Below the pieces are notes generated by a model, which saw only the letters and a program-made list of their open reading frames with translations, ran no database searches and was not told the origin of the DNA. DNA of 37,818 nucleotides from an uncultured bacterium (GTDB taxonomy: Bacteria > B130-G9): the NCBI GenBank assembly GCA_965372715.1, contig CBDVDH010000038.1, positions 1-37,818 of the forward strand, read 5' to 3'. Within the stretch, counting starts at the first letter, position 1, and every line of letters begins with the position of its first letter. The translations under genes were made by a program, and so were the position numbers. This document shows positions 1-9,073 of the stretch, in pieces.

Positions 1-20
1 GCTGGAAAGCCCGCCCCACA
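1..20 (-). repeat. REP-like palindrome half (GTGG type), cut by window edge
   Basis: Minus strand reads tgtggggcgggctttccagc, a GTRG tetranucleotide followed by a GC-rich palindrome arm. Confidence 0.4.
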
Positions 21-100
21 CCTCATGGCATCGCGAGTTTATGAATAATACGGACCAGGTCTAAACACTCACCGGGGTGATGAGGCTTCCTCCACCCTCA

Positions 101-126
101 ATCTGTGTTATCTGCGTAATCTGCGG
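101..126. repeat. 9-nt periodic repeat (atctgtgtt atctgcgta atctgcgg)
   Basis: Three imperfect 9-mers just downstream of the 144-704 gene. Confidence 0.65.
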
Positions 127-143
127 ACAGAGCCTCTCGCCGG

Positions 144-704
144 TTACGCCGATTTCTCCTCGGATGGTCCCGTCACGTCAACGGAAAGAAACGAGGCGAG
201 GTCCATCACGGCCTGTCTGAGCCTGTCCACGCGTTCAGAGATGTCCCCACTAGGTACGCCGGGACCGCTCTTCGCCGACTCAACATACTTGTCGAGGTTT
301 TCGGAAAGCTTGGCAAAATCGTGCCCAAGCGCCTCGACCGCCTTTCGGCCTTTCGCGCTCTCGGCAACGAGATATGAGAAGAAATCGCTCGCCAGCTGAT
401 AACGACCGCCCGCCGAGAGTTCCTCCTTGCTCTGGCAACCCTCGACAAACTCCTTGTATTCCGATTGGAGCCCCTGCTGCGCCGACCCCATCTCGGTCGT
501 GCGCCGCTGCATATCCTCGATTATCTTCTTTAACGGAGCCATCGAGGCCGAAGTATCGACCGCCTGCCCGTCGGCGCCAGCGTCGCCAGCGCTCTCGTCC
601 CGCGCCTCGCCGCCGGGCGCCATCTCCTCCAAGATGGACAAGATGCCCTCGATCTTGCCTCGAAGTTCCCTCTGCGAGGCCTTTTTCCCGCCGCCAAAAA
701 TCAT
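144..704 (-). CDS. Hypothetical alpha-helical/coiled-coil protein
   Basis: Long ORF with helical, charged composition; ATG at 704 preceded by GAGG (GTG at 716 is an alternative start); no recognisable motif. Confidence 0.7.
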   Translation of the reverse strand: MIFGGGKKASQRELRGKIEGILSILEEMAPGGEARDESAGDAGADGQAVDTSASMAPLKKIIEDMQRRTTEMGSAQQGLQSEYKEFVEGCQSKEELSAGGRYQLASDFFSYLVAESAKGRKAVEALGHDFAKLSENLDKYVESAKSGPGVPSGDISERVDRLRQAVMDLASFLSVDVTGPSEEKSA

Positions 705-1157
705 AGCCCGCCTCACTTTATCTCAATCAAAACACCCATCATGCGATCACAAACCAACGCAACTCTAGCACAAGCCTCGTCCGAACACAAGGTTGTGGTG
801 TCTATCAGGAGGAACGTGTCGCGACGTTGGCAGGCGGGGCGTCAAAGGACCCTGGCCGCTGCGATGCAGCGCTGCCGCGTACAACGCGAACCTAGAATTA
901 GGCGACTAAGTCCTGCAAACGGCATCAGCAACCTCAATTCGGCAATCTGAGACAAGCTTTGATTTGCGAAAAAGGCAAACACGTAGTATATTAGAACCAG
1001 AAGACGTAGCCTTTGTGCGTATGTGAATGCTCTTGTATGCTTGGCGGAAGAGCGCGGTGTGCCTGTGGCACCCATCGGCTGGTTTAGTGGTACGAAGTTG
1101 GCCAGTGATACGCGCCAAGACAGGGATGATCCACAATACAGTGGAGGTGATGAATTC

Positions 1158-1370
1158 ATGCTGAAGTCACTTGAGGCTACGATCGGGCCGGATGGAGTTG
1201 TCCGCTTACGTGAACCGGTGCGCCTGAAGCGTGCCTGCCGAGCGATCGTGACGATAATTGACGGACCCGATGTTCCTGAGACGGCTCTTTTGAGCGAGCA
1301 GGCACTTGCAGAGGACTGGACCCGACCGGAGGAAGACGAAGCATGGTCTCACCTTCAGCAGGTTCCGTAG
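1158..1370 (+). CDS. Putative antitoxin (70 aa) of a PemK/MazF-type TA pair
   Basis: GGAGGTGA RBS before ATG 1158; N-terminal EATIGPDGVVRL beta motif; acidic C-terminus LLSEQALAEDWTRPEEDEAW; overlaps the toxin gene. Confidence 0.75.
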   Translation: MLKSLEATIGPDGVVRLREPVRLKRACRAIVTIIDGPDVPETALLSEQALAEDWTRPEEDEAWSHLQQVP

Positions 1371-1714
1371 TCCTCGTCTTCTTCCCATTCTCTGATCTGT
1401 CAGCCAGTAAGTTGCGTCCTGCCATTGTTCTTGCATCGGGTGAGCGAGAAGATTGGGTGCTTTGTCAGGTGACCAGCGGTCCCTATACTGATCGTGCTGC
1501 CATCCGTATAGAGGATGCGGACTTCGTGTTTGGGGGTCTTAAGCGGACGAGCTTTGCCCGTCCCGGCAAACTGTTCACGGCGAACACATCCCTCATGAGA
1601 ACCGAAGTCGGTCGTCTCAATCCGGCAACCTTCAGGAATGTGCTGGATGCAGTGATTTCATTGCTAAGGGGATCGGAGAGCGAGCATCCAACCAGCGAAT
1701 CAGGCAAGATATGA
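1343..1714 (+). CDS. mazF: PemK/MazF-family endoribonuclease toxin
   Basis: GSVVLVFFPFSDLSASKLRPAIVL and LCQVTS motifs; 123 aa; follows a small acidic partner. Confidence 0.85.
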   Translation: MVSPSAGSVVLVFFPFSDLSASKLRPAIVLASGEREDWVLCQVTSGPYTDRAAIRIEDADFVFGGLKRTSFARPGKLFTANTSLMRTEVGRLNPATFRNVLDAVISLLRGSESEHPTSESGKI

Positions 1715-1755
1715 TGAAAGCCGCCCTCCGCATCGTCCTCAATCCCGCATCTAAC

Positions 1756-1828
1756 ACGACACAAACAACTTGACGGGACGCCTGACACCGGCACGGTCGA
1801 TTTGGGTTTCCACTACCCAGTGCCGTGA
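1756..1828 (+). pseudogene. Remnant 3' end of a secreted-protein gene (TTQT..DGTPDTGTVDLGFHYPVP*)
   Basis: 1772-1828 translates as DGTPDTGTVDLGFHYPVP-stop, preceded out of frame by TTQT; resembles a TTxxDGxPDxGxVDMGxHYP motif recalled from beta-helix secreted proteins; no start codon. Confidence 0.5.
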
Positions 1829-1925
1829 TTCCTGATTGGCTTATGAGGTCGGCTGTTGTATTGTTATGATGGCTGAGTTGTGCCGATGATTGTTCTTGAC
1901 TGATAACGCTTGATGGTGGATTTTC

Positions 1926-2246
1926 GTGGGTCGATTCGTGTTGATAGGTCGTGTTTTGCTCGTCGCGGCGGTTGCGTTGATGTTGTTTGCATGGGGCTGC
2001 GATAAGGAGACCGGTTTCTACGTCGGGGCGAAGTTCTACGCCGTCAACAACACCGAAGAGGGCCTGCACATTTATCTGAATTCGGTCTTTCAGTTCAGCC
2101 TCGACGCGGGCGCCGATGACGAGGCCGATGACCTTGACGAAGGGGAATACACGGTGTCGGCGAGGCGCCAATCGGATGGCTCTGTCGTCAAGGAAGAGGA
2201 CATAACCCTTCACGAGGGTGAGAAGTTCCGCTGGGCGATTGGGTAG
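1926..2246 (+). CDS. Small lipoprotein with a beta-sandwich (PEGA-like) domain
   Basis: Basic N-terminus, hydrophobic stretch and lipobox FAWG-C; acidic beta-rich mature part (DLDEGEYTVSA). Confidence 0.75.
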   Translation: MGRFVLIGRVLLVAAVALMLFAWGCDKETGFYVGAKFYAVNNTEEGLHIYLNSVFQFSLDAGADDEADDLDEGEYTVSARRQSDGSVVKEEDITLHEGEKFRWAIG

Positions 2247-2279
2247 CGGAGGCTGGGACATAAACAGGTTTTCCCAGCT

Positions 2280-2446
2280 GTAGGGGCAGGCCACCGCGCC
2301 TGCCCTATCCTAATTGATCGTAAAGGGCAACCGCGGGGGGATTGCCCCTACACTGAGCGGGCGGCCACTTATGACCCAGCCTCCTTGTCCCGCCCTTCAT
2401 ACGTTCGGTCACATCAGAGAAGGGCGGAGACAAGCACCGCCCCTAC
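2280..2446. repeat. Cluster of GTAG-family REP palindromes between convergent genes
   Basis: gtaggggcaggccaccgcgcctgccct (2280-2306, +); agggcaaccgcggggggattgcccctac (2324-2351, -); agggcggagacaagcaccgcccctac (2421-2446, -); partial copy at about 2381-2398. Confidence 0.8.
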
Positions 2447-2491
2447 GGGAGTCGCTGTCGCTGCCCGTTTCCGCGTTGCGGAAACTGCACT

Positions 2492-4873
2492 TCAGCCGCC
2501 GTTTGTAAGCGCTATCGGCAGGACCTGGTCGATGCGGTCAACATAGTGGAAGGTCATGCCCTCGAGAAGCTGCTGCTCGAGGTCCTCGATGTCGCCTTTG
2601 TTGTTCTTGGGCAAGATTATCTCGTAGATGCCGGCCCGCTTGGCGGCGAGTATCTTCTCCTTGATGCCGCCGACCGGTAGAACCTTCCCGCGCAGCGTCA
2701 GTTCGCCCGTCATGGCGACGTCGCAGCGCACCTTCTGCTCTGCAAACAGCGAGACAAGCGCGGTGGCGAGCGTTACGCCCGCGCTTGGGCCGTCTTTCGG
2801 GATTGCGCCCGAGGGGATGTGGATGTGTACGTCGAGCTTTGAAAAATCAGTCGCCATTATCCCCAGTGCTTTTGCGCGTGAACGAACGTAGCTCATAGCA
2901 GCCCTAGCCGATTCCTGAAGCACCTTGCCGAGCTGCCCTGTCAGCTGGAGGTCCCTGGCGCCGCGCATCTTGGTCGCCTCGACAAAGATTATCTCACCGC
3001 CGACGCGGGTCCAGACGACGCCAGCAACGACGCCGACCTCGGCCTTGCGCTCCTTTGTCTCAGGGAAGAACTTGACCGCGCCGAGAAAGTCGCGCAGCGA
3101 TTTGACCGTCATAACGTGCGTTCTGTCGTCGCCTCCGGCGACAGACTTGGCGATTTTGCGGCATATCTTGCCTATGGTGCGTTCCAGTTCCCTCAGGCCC
3201 GCCTCACGAGTGTAGCGCGAGATTATGTGCTGAATCGCGGCGGTCTTGAATCGAACGTTCGAGGACGTGAGCCCGTGCCCGTCGAGCTGCTTTGGGATCA
3301 AGAACCGCCTAGCAATCTTGAGCTTCTCCTCGTCCAAATAGCCGGGCAGCTCGATGATCTCCATCCGGTCTCGAAGCGCTGGGGGAATTGGGTCGAGGAT
3401 GTTCCCGGTAGTGATGAACATGACCTTGGAGAGGTCAAACGGCACCTCGATATAGTGGTCCGCAAACGTGTTATTCTGCTCTGGGTCCAGAACTTCGAGA
3501 AGTGCTGACGCAGGATCGCCGCGGAAATCGGCGCCGATCTTATCGACCTCGTCAAGAATGAATACAGGGTTGTTTGAGCCCACCCGCTTGATCTGCTGAA
3601 TAATCCGCCCGGGGAGCGCCCCAACGTAAGTGCGGCGATGGCCTCGTATCTCCGCCTCGTCCCGCATTCCGCCGAGCGATACCCTGGCGAACTTGCGGCC
3701 CATCGAGCGCGCTATCGACTTGCCGAGCGAGGTCTTGCCGACGCCCGGAGGACCCACAAAGCAGAGAATTGGGCTTTTGAGGTCCTTTTTGAGACTCCTT
3801 ACGGCCAGAAACTCAAGGACGCGCTCCTTGACCTGAGTGAGGTCATAGTGGTCCTCGTCGAGTATCCGCTGAGCGCGCCTCAAATCGAGGCTGTCCTTGG
3901 TGCTCTTGCTCCAGGGCAGAGCCAGGAGCCAGTCAACATACGTGCGAATGACGCTGTATTCCGCCGCAGCCGGATGAATTATACCGAGCCTCTCAACCTC
4001 TTTTTCCGCGGCCAACTTCGCCTCGGGCGGCATTCCTGCTTCGGCAATCTGAGCGTAAAGATCGTCGATCTCGGAAGACCTGTCGTCCGACTCGCCGAGC
4101 TCACCTTGAATCGCCTTGAGCTGTTGGCGCAGGAAATACTCCCGCTGCGATTTTTCTATCTCGCTTTTGGCCTGCGACTGTATCTTCGAGCTCAGTTCCA
4201 GAACCTGTAGGTCGCGGTTCACATACCCGACAACCTTCCTGGCCCGTTTCTCGACATCGAATGTCTCCAAGAGGTCCTGGGCTTCGTCCGAGCTGATCTT
4301 CATGTGGAACGCCACGAAGTCGCAGAGCCGACCCAGTTCCTTTACATTAATCGCGGCGACATACATCTCTTCCGATAGGTAGCGAGATGTCTCGACCAGC
4401 TTCTGGAACTGGGCGAGGATGTTCTCCCTGAGAGCCTGCGCACTCACGGACGTGGGGTCCTTATCATGAACCTCGGTCGCCCTTGCCCTGAAATACGGTG
4501 TTATCGCCACGATTGATTCTATCTTGACGCGGTGTAGCCCCTGAACGATTAACTTGGCGCCTTCGTCAGGCATCTCGAGCTTCTTGACGATCATGCAAGC
4601 GGTCCCGACCCTGTAAAGGTCGTCCTCAACAGGCTCGTTAGTCGATGGGTCCTTCTGCGCAACGAGCGCAACAACATCCTTTTCTTCCTTGGCGTCCGAA
4701 ACCAATTTGAGGCTGCGCCTCCTCCCAACCAGAAGCGGCATCACCGTGTGTGGGAATAGGACTGCGTCTCTCAGCGGCAAGACAGGGAGGATTAGACTTT
4801 TGGGCCCGGGCTTTCGCTGGGCAGGCTTCTTTTTCCGTTTTGGCTTTTTCGAATCGTCTTCGTATTCAGGCAA
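2492..4873 (-). CDS. lon: ATP-dependent protease La (LonA)
   Basis: LPVLPLRD N-domain, Walker A GPPGVGKTS, RGHRRTYVGALPG, catalytic PKDGPSAG and GGIKEK; TTG start with GAGGT RBS. Confidence 0.98.
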   Translation of the reverse strand: MPEYEDDSKKPKRKKKPAQRKPGPKSLILPVLPLRDAVLFPHTVMPLLVGRRRSLKLVSDAKEEKDVVALVAQKDPSTNEPVEDDLYRVGTACMIVKKLEMPDEGAKLIVQGLHRVKIESIVAITPYFRARATEVHDKDPTSVSAQALRENILAQFQKLVETSRYLSEEMYVAAINVKELGRLCDFVAFHMKISSDEAQDLLETFDVEKRARKVVGYVNRDLQVLELSSKIQSQAKSEIEKSQREYFLRQQLKAIQGELGESDDRSSEIDDLYAQIAEAGMPPEAKLAAEKEVERLGIIHPAAAEYSVIRTYVDWLLALPWSKSTKDSLDLRRAQRILDEDHYDLTQVKERVLEFLAVRSLKKDLKSPILCFVGPPGVGKTSLGKSIARSMGRKFARVSLGGMRDEAEIRGHRRTYVGALPGRIIQQIKRVGSNNPVFILDEVDKIGADFRGDPASALLEVLDPEQNNTFADHYIEVPFDLSKVMFITTGNILDPIPPALRDRMEIIELPGYLDEEKLKIARRFLIPKQLDGHGLTSSNVRFKTAAIQHIISRYTREAGLRELERTIGKICRKIAKSVAGGDDRTHVMTVKSLRDFLGAVKFFPETKERKAEVGVVAGVVWTRVGGEIIFVEATKMRGARDLQLTGQLGKVLQESARAAMSYVRSRAKALGIMATDFSKLDVHIHIPSGAIPKDGPSAGVTLATALVSLFAEQKVRCDVAMTGELTLRGKVLPVGGIKEKILAAKRAGIYEIILPKNNKGDIEDLEQQLLEGMTFHYVDRIDQVLPIALTNGG

Positions 4874-4878
4874 AACAC

Positions 4879-6372
4879 TTACCTCGTGGCACTATTGCAA
4901 TTGATGTTCTCAAGAGCGCTGGCAACTTGCAGCATTCCAGCCTCGTCAAACGACCTGGCCATCAGCTGCACCCCCACCGGTAGATCATGGTCTCTTGAGC
5001 CAAATGGGATTGATATGGCCGGAAGGCCGGCGAGATTCGCCGGAATCGTGAAGATATCGGAAAGATACATCATCAACGGATCGTCGGTTTTCTCGCCTAT
5101 TTTGAACGCCTGTTGAGGGCTCGTTGGGCCCATAAGGAAATCCACCTTGTCAAACGCCTTGTTCAGGTCCTGAATTATCAAGGTTCGCGCCTTTTGCGCT
5201 TTGAGATAGTAAGCGCCGTAATATCCGGTACTTAGAACAAACGTGCCAAGCGCTATCCTCCGCTTCACTTCTTGCCCAAAACCTTCCTCTCTAGTCTTTC
5301 GATACATGTCAATGAGGTCGATGAAGGACGAGGCGCGAAAGCCGTATCTGACGCCGTCGTAGCGCAAAAGGTTGGAACTGGTCTCTGCCGTGCAGAGAAT
5401 GTAATAGACCGCCACTGCGTAGTTCAGATGCGGCAACGAGATCGGGATTATCTCGGCCCCGAGGCGCTCAAGAGCGCGCAGAGCATTCTGTATGATTTCC
5501 CTCACGGCCGGGGAGACCTCGCCCTCGACATGTTCCCTAATGAGCCCGATCTTAACGCCCGAAATCTCGCGGTCGAGCAGCTCGCTGTAGTTCGGCACGG
5601 GGCGGTTCACCGAGGTCGAATCCCTGGGATCATATCCGGCGATTACTTCGAGGAGAAGAGCGGCGTCGGGGACGTTCGTGGTTATCGGCCCAATCTGATC
5701 GAACGAGGGGGCGAACGCGACGAGCCCGTATCGAGAGACTCGGCCATAGGTTGGCTTGAGACCTACGACGCCGCAGAAGGACGCGGGCTGGCGGATAGAG
5801 CCTCCCGTATCAGTGCCGAGCGCACACGGCGCACAGCCGGCAGCAACTGAGGCGGTTGAGCCGCCGCTCGAGCCTCCCGGCGAACGTTCCAGGTCGCACG
5901 GATTTCTTGTTATCCCGAAAAAGGAAGTCTCAGTTGACGAGCCCATAGCGAACTCATCTAGGTTGGGTTTCCCGATTATTATCGCCCCGGCGGAGATGAT
6001 CTTCTCCGTTACCGTGGCGTCGTAGGGGGATACGAAGTTCTCCAGAATCCTCGAGCCGCACGTGGTTGTCCCGCCTGACACGCATATATTGTCTTTAACC
6101 GCGATTGGGACGCCAAAGAGAGGCATTCTGGACCGGGCATCACTCGCAAATGAATCGAGGGCCCTGGCTCGTTCCAGAGCCCCCTCATCATAAAGGGTTA
6201 TGAACGCGTTCAGCTGGGGCTGCCTATCGTGCGCCCTTGCTAGGAAAGACTTGGTGGCCTCGACGGCCGACAACTCGCCCGCGACAATTCGGCTCTTCAG
6301 CTCCGATACCGAGAGCCCACAAATGCTCGTCAAACTCTCCCTCTGCGATAGCCGTAGGTTGCAGGCGTCCAC
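4879..6372 (-). CDS. gatA: Asp/Glu-tRNA amidotransferase subunit A
   Basis: Amidase signature VKDN, PGGSSGG, GTDTGGSIRQPA; GatA-specific EGFGQEVKRRI and YYLKAQK. Confidence 0.96.
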   Translation of the reverse strand: MDACNLRLSQRESLTSICGLSVSELKSRIVAGELSAVEATKSFLARAHDRQPQLNAFITLYDEGALERARALDSFASDARSRMPLFGVPIAVKDNICVSGGTTTCGSRILENFVSPYDATVTEKIISAGAIIIGKPNLDEFAMGSSTETSFFGITRNPCDLERSPGGSSGGSTASVAAGCAPCALGTDTGGSIRQPASFCGVVGLKPTYGRVSRYGLVAFAPSFDQIGPITTNVPDAALLLEVIAGYDPRDSTSVNRPVPNYSELLDREISGVKIGLIREHVEGEVSPAVREIIQNALRALERLGAEIIPISLPHLNYAVAVYYILCTAETSSNLLRYDGVRYGFRASSFIDLIDMYRKTREEGFGQEVKRRIALGTFVLSTGYYGAYYLKAQKARTLIIQDLNKAFDKVDFLMGPTSPQQAFKIGEKTDDPLMMYLSDIFTIPANLAGLPAISIPFGSRDHDLPVGVQLMARSFDEAGMLQVASALENINCNSATR

Positions 6373-6524
6373 CAGCCTCGAACCTTGCTAAAGATCACGT
6401 CACAAAGAACCGGCGGACTTTGCGGATGAACCCGAGGGATGAGGTTATAGGCAAGCGCATGAAAACCGCAACCTCTAATCCTGACTGGCGTCGCGCAGAA
6501 GTATCGCCTGGGAGGCCAAGTGAG

Positions 6525-6701
6525 TTAGATAATCTTGTCCTCTTCTTCCTTTTTCTTGCCTCTCCAGACGTCCCGAACGATCCCGTAGATTGTCAGGCCC
6601 AACGCGATCGTTACCGACGACCAGAGCATCATGATGAATAGCATGATGACGGTATTAAAGAGGCCCTCTTCAACCGTGCTGAATTGCAGGTCAAAACTCA
6701 T
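6525..6701 (-). CDS. Small single-pass membrane protein, 58 aa (not in ORF track)
   Basis: Hand translation MSFDLQFSTVEEGLFNTVIMLFIMMLWSSVTIALGLTIYGIVRDVWRGKKKEEEDKII*; GGAGGTGA RBS 6 nt upstream; hydrophobic segment followed by a basic cluster. Confidence 0.7.
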   Translation of the reverse strand: MSFDLQFSTVEEGLFNTVIMLFIMMLWSSVTIALGLTIYGIVRDVWRGKKKEEEDKII

Positions 6702-6852
6702 GTAAAGTCACCTCCCTCTGAACAAGGCGTTATTTCGGATATCCAATATCATTCCTGGCATTACCCTCAATAACACTGTAGCTAGCAGGCAGGCATCCGT
6801 CAAGCGTTGAGGCCTCCCCCGAAAAATCAGATTGGGCCGAACGAAGAGGACC

Positions 6853-7280
6853 TTTTGGAGTGCGGCGGCTGTGCGTCCTGAAAGCTGTGGTATGTCCGAG
6901 TTGGTGAGAGGCCAACCCGCTCGCCCAAAGGCATGGGAGCGGCAACCGAGTCTTGGGAGCATATCAGAAACGAAGTCAGCGAATCGAGCTGAGCGAGATG
7001 AGCAAATGATGTGTTCTAAGCGTAGATAGGGCAGACTTCGCCATAGTAGCCTGTGGCTATGTCGGCTGAAAAGGAGTTCGAGGTGTGAGGGTAATCCCCG
7101 AAACCACTGTCGTTGACGTGCGCCGCTTTCACTTGCCGCGGCCTGACGCGGCGCCGGTTCGCTTCGATTAACGTCCGTATCTTCGAATCGCAATCTGCGA
7201 GGTCGAAGGAGCCGTCCATCAGAGGGTGGTGTCGAGCCACCACCAATGAAAGCGGCGTCAAGCCGCCGCAGTCCGAAAAA
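6853..7280. repeat. Inverted REP pair (ggagtgcggcggcttgacgccgcttt type); left copy interrupted
   Basis: Right copy aaagcggcgtcaagccgccgcagtccgaaaaa at 7249-7280; left copy split into ttttggagtgcggcggct (6853-6870) and cgccgctttca (about 7121-7131); each has a second inner hairpin. Confidence 0.7.
6871..7117 (+). mobile_element. Group II intron 5' fragment (partial domain I); no RT ORF and no domain V/VI
   Basis: Begins with GTGCG; contains ggtgagaggcc, ggcaaccgagtcttggg, stem gagcatatca/tgatgtgttc, ctaagcgtagataggg and ccccgaaa in the order recalled for bacterial group IIB domain I. Confidence 0.65.
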
Positions 7281-7390
7281 GCACAGCCTGCCTCGTGCAG
7301 TATGAGTTTTCGGGCGTCTGACGCATAAGGCCGGCCCATTCATGATTGTTGTTTCTCCGGGAGCTTTGTGTCATAAACGCTAGGTCAAAC

Positions 7391-7413
7391 GGCGGTTCGT
7401 GAACCGCCCCTAC
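7391..7413 (-). repeat. GTAG-family REP
   Basis: Minus strand gtaggggcggttcacgaaccgcc with a perfect hairpin. Confidence 0.8.
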
Positions 7414-7439
7414 AACACATTTCCAAGGGACAATTGCAG

Positions 7440-8558
7440 ATGTTGAAGTTTGAGATCGAGGCGCGAGCTGACAGGAGCGCGGCCAGGGTGGGCAGGCTCA
7501 CGGTCAACGGGCGGACGGCCGAGACGCCGGCCTTCTTTCCTGTGGGGACGCAGGGGACCGTGAAGGCCGTTGCACAGAAGGAGCTCGCCGCACACGGTGT
7601 GCAGGGGATGCTCTGCAACCTCTATCATCTGTATCTCCGGCCCGGAATCGATGTGGTCGAGGCGGCGGGCGGGCTGCACAAGTTCATCAACTGGGATTGG
7701 CTGATAATAACCGACAGCGGCGGCTTTCAGGTATATAGCCTAAAAAGCCTGCGGAAGATCGAGCCTGAAGGCGTTCATTTCGTCTCTCATCTCGACGGCT
7801 CGTCGCACCTCTTCACGCCCGAGAACGTTATAGAGATGCAGATGAGGCTTGGTTCCGACGTAGCCATGGTTCTGGACGAGTGTGTGGAGTATCCGACGAC
7901 GTTCGATTACGCCCACAACTCGATGAACCTGACGCTCGAGTGGGCAAAGCGGTCGTCAAAACGGCTCGGCCAGGGGACCGCGATCTTTGGAATTGTTCAG
8001 GGCGCGACGTTTCCTGACCTTCGGGTCGAATGCGCAAGGCGTTTGACTGAGCTGGACTTCGACGGCTACGCCATAGGCGGGCTGGCGGTTGGCGAGGCGA
8101 AGGACACGATGTTCGAGATGGTGAGGGTCTGCACTGCGGAGCTGCCGCCGGATAAGCCGCGGTATTTGATGGGCGTGGGCTTCGGAGTTGACATCGCGAG
8201 GGCGGTCTCATACGGGGTGGATATCTTCGATTGCGTGATGCCGACGAGGAATGCGCGAAACGGGACGCTGTTCACAGAAAGCGGCAGACTTGTGATAAAG
8301 AACACGCAGTATTCGCAGGATAACAGGCCCATCGAGGAGGACTGCGACTGCTACACTTGTCGCAACTTCAGCAGGTCATATCTGCGGCATCTTCACATTT
8401 CGGGAGAACTTCTCTCGCCGATGTTGAATAGTATCCACAACGTTCGGTATTATATCAGGTTGATGTCCCGGGTTCGGGATGCAATACGAAATGGCCAGTT
8501 TGAGGAATTCGTGGCCGAACTTGAGGCCAAACAGGCGAAGGAGAGTGATATTGCTTAA
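7440..8558 (+). CDS. tgt: tRNA-guanine transglycosylase (bacterial preQ1 type)
   Basis: PVGTQG, DSGGFQ, LDEC, GIVQG, GGLAVGE, YLMGVG, FDCVMPTRNARNG and Zn site CDCYTC..H. Confidence 0.97.
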   Translation: MLKFEIEARADRSAARVGRLTVNGRTAETPAFFPVGTQGTVKAVAQKELAAHGVQGMLCNLYHLYLRPGIDVVEAAGGLHKFINWDWLIITDSGGFQVYSLKSLRKIEPEGVHFVSHLDGSSHLFTPENVIEMQMRLGSDVAMVLDECVEYPTTFDYAHNSMNLTLEWAKRSSKRLGQGTAIFGIVQGATFPDLRVECARRLTELDFDGYAIGGLAVGEAKDTMFEMVRVCTAELPPDKPRYLMGVGFGVDIARAVSYGVDIFDCVMPTRNARNGTLFTESGRLVIKNTQYSQDNRPIEEDCDCYTCRNFSRSYLRHLHISGELLSPMLNSIHNVRYYIRLMSRVRDAIRNGQFEEFVAELEAKQAKESDIA

Positions 8559-8973
8559 GTCATCAGCGTTGGCGCAGCGTGCGAATAAGGCCAGCAGAAA
8601 AGGGTTCTTCCGAACGTTGTCAATTGCGTCGGTCGTGGTGTTGCTTGAATCATCGGCGTATGCGATGGGGTCAGGCGGCGAGGGCGGCGAAGGAGGCGGC
8701 GGCATGCTGGGGATGTTGCCGCTGCTTGTTATCGTCGCGATCATGTATTTCTTGCTCATCAGACCTCAGCAGAAGCGGCAGAAAGATGTCAAGCAAATGC
8801 AAAGCAGCCTCAGAGTGGGTGACAGGGTCACCACTACGGGAGGCATGCACGGCACCATTGCCACTATTTCAGAGACCACTGTGTCCCTGAAGATCGCCGA
8901 AAAGGTGAAGATCGAAGTAGATCGAAGCGCAATAACCGGCATCAGGTCCCCATCGACTGACTCATCGAAATAA
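8551..8973 (+). CDS. yajC: Preprotein translocase subunit YajC with N-terminal extension
   Basis: MYFLLIRPQQKRQK and GDRVTTTGGMHG; TTG 8551 follows AAGGAG; start position uncertain. Confidence 0.92.
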   Translation: MLKSSALAQRANKASRKGFFRTLSIASVVVLLESSAYAMGSGGEGGEGGGGMLGMLPLLVIVAIMYFLLIRPQQKRQKDVKQMQSSLRVGDRVTTTGGMHGTIATISETTVSLKIAEKVKIEVDRSAITGIRSPSTDSSK

Positions 8974-9073
8974 GAGGCCGGGGAAGCGGCTAGTTGTCAT
9001 CGGCCCCGGGTTCTTCCTTTCCACCGAGAGCATTCTCCGGTCGATCTTTCAATACATAGGGAACATTTGCCAA

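Noticed and set aside
965-1015. c-di-GMP-I riboswitch suggested by aaaggcaaac
   Set aside because: It lacks the GAAA-capped P2 stem and the GACGCAAAGC..CTAA downstream elements.
880-1760. Integron cassette boundaries around the MazEF module (gcgaacctagaattaggc; atctaac at 1749-1755)
   Set aside because: Only possible left halves; no paired RYYYAAC..GTTRRRY palindrome and no integrase.
6373-6524. gatC upstream of gatA, or a 21-aa leader MRLPITSSLGFIRKVRRFFVT
   Set aside because: There is no GatC-sized ORF or motif; the short ORF has a poorly spaced RBS and no other support.
6708-7343. ORFs 6708-7343 and 7016-7339 (minus strand), including an HEAGC motif resembling HEXXH
   Set aside because: They run antisense through REP palindromes and the intron-like RNA, the second His is missing, and there is no family resemblance.
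8978-9020. Terminator after yajC
   Set aside because: The stem is short with a large loop and an interrupted U-tract; too weak to call.
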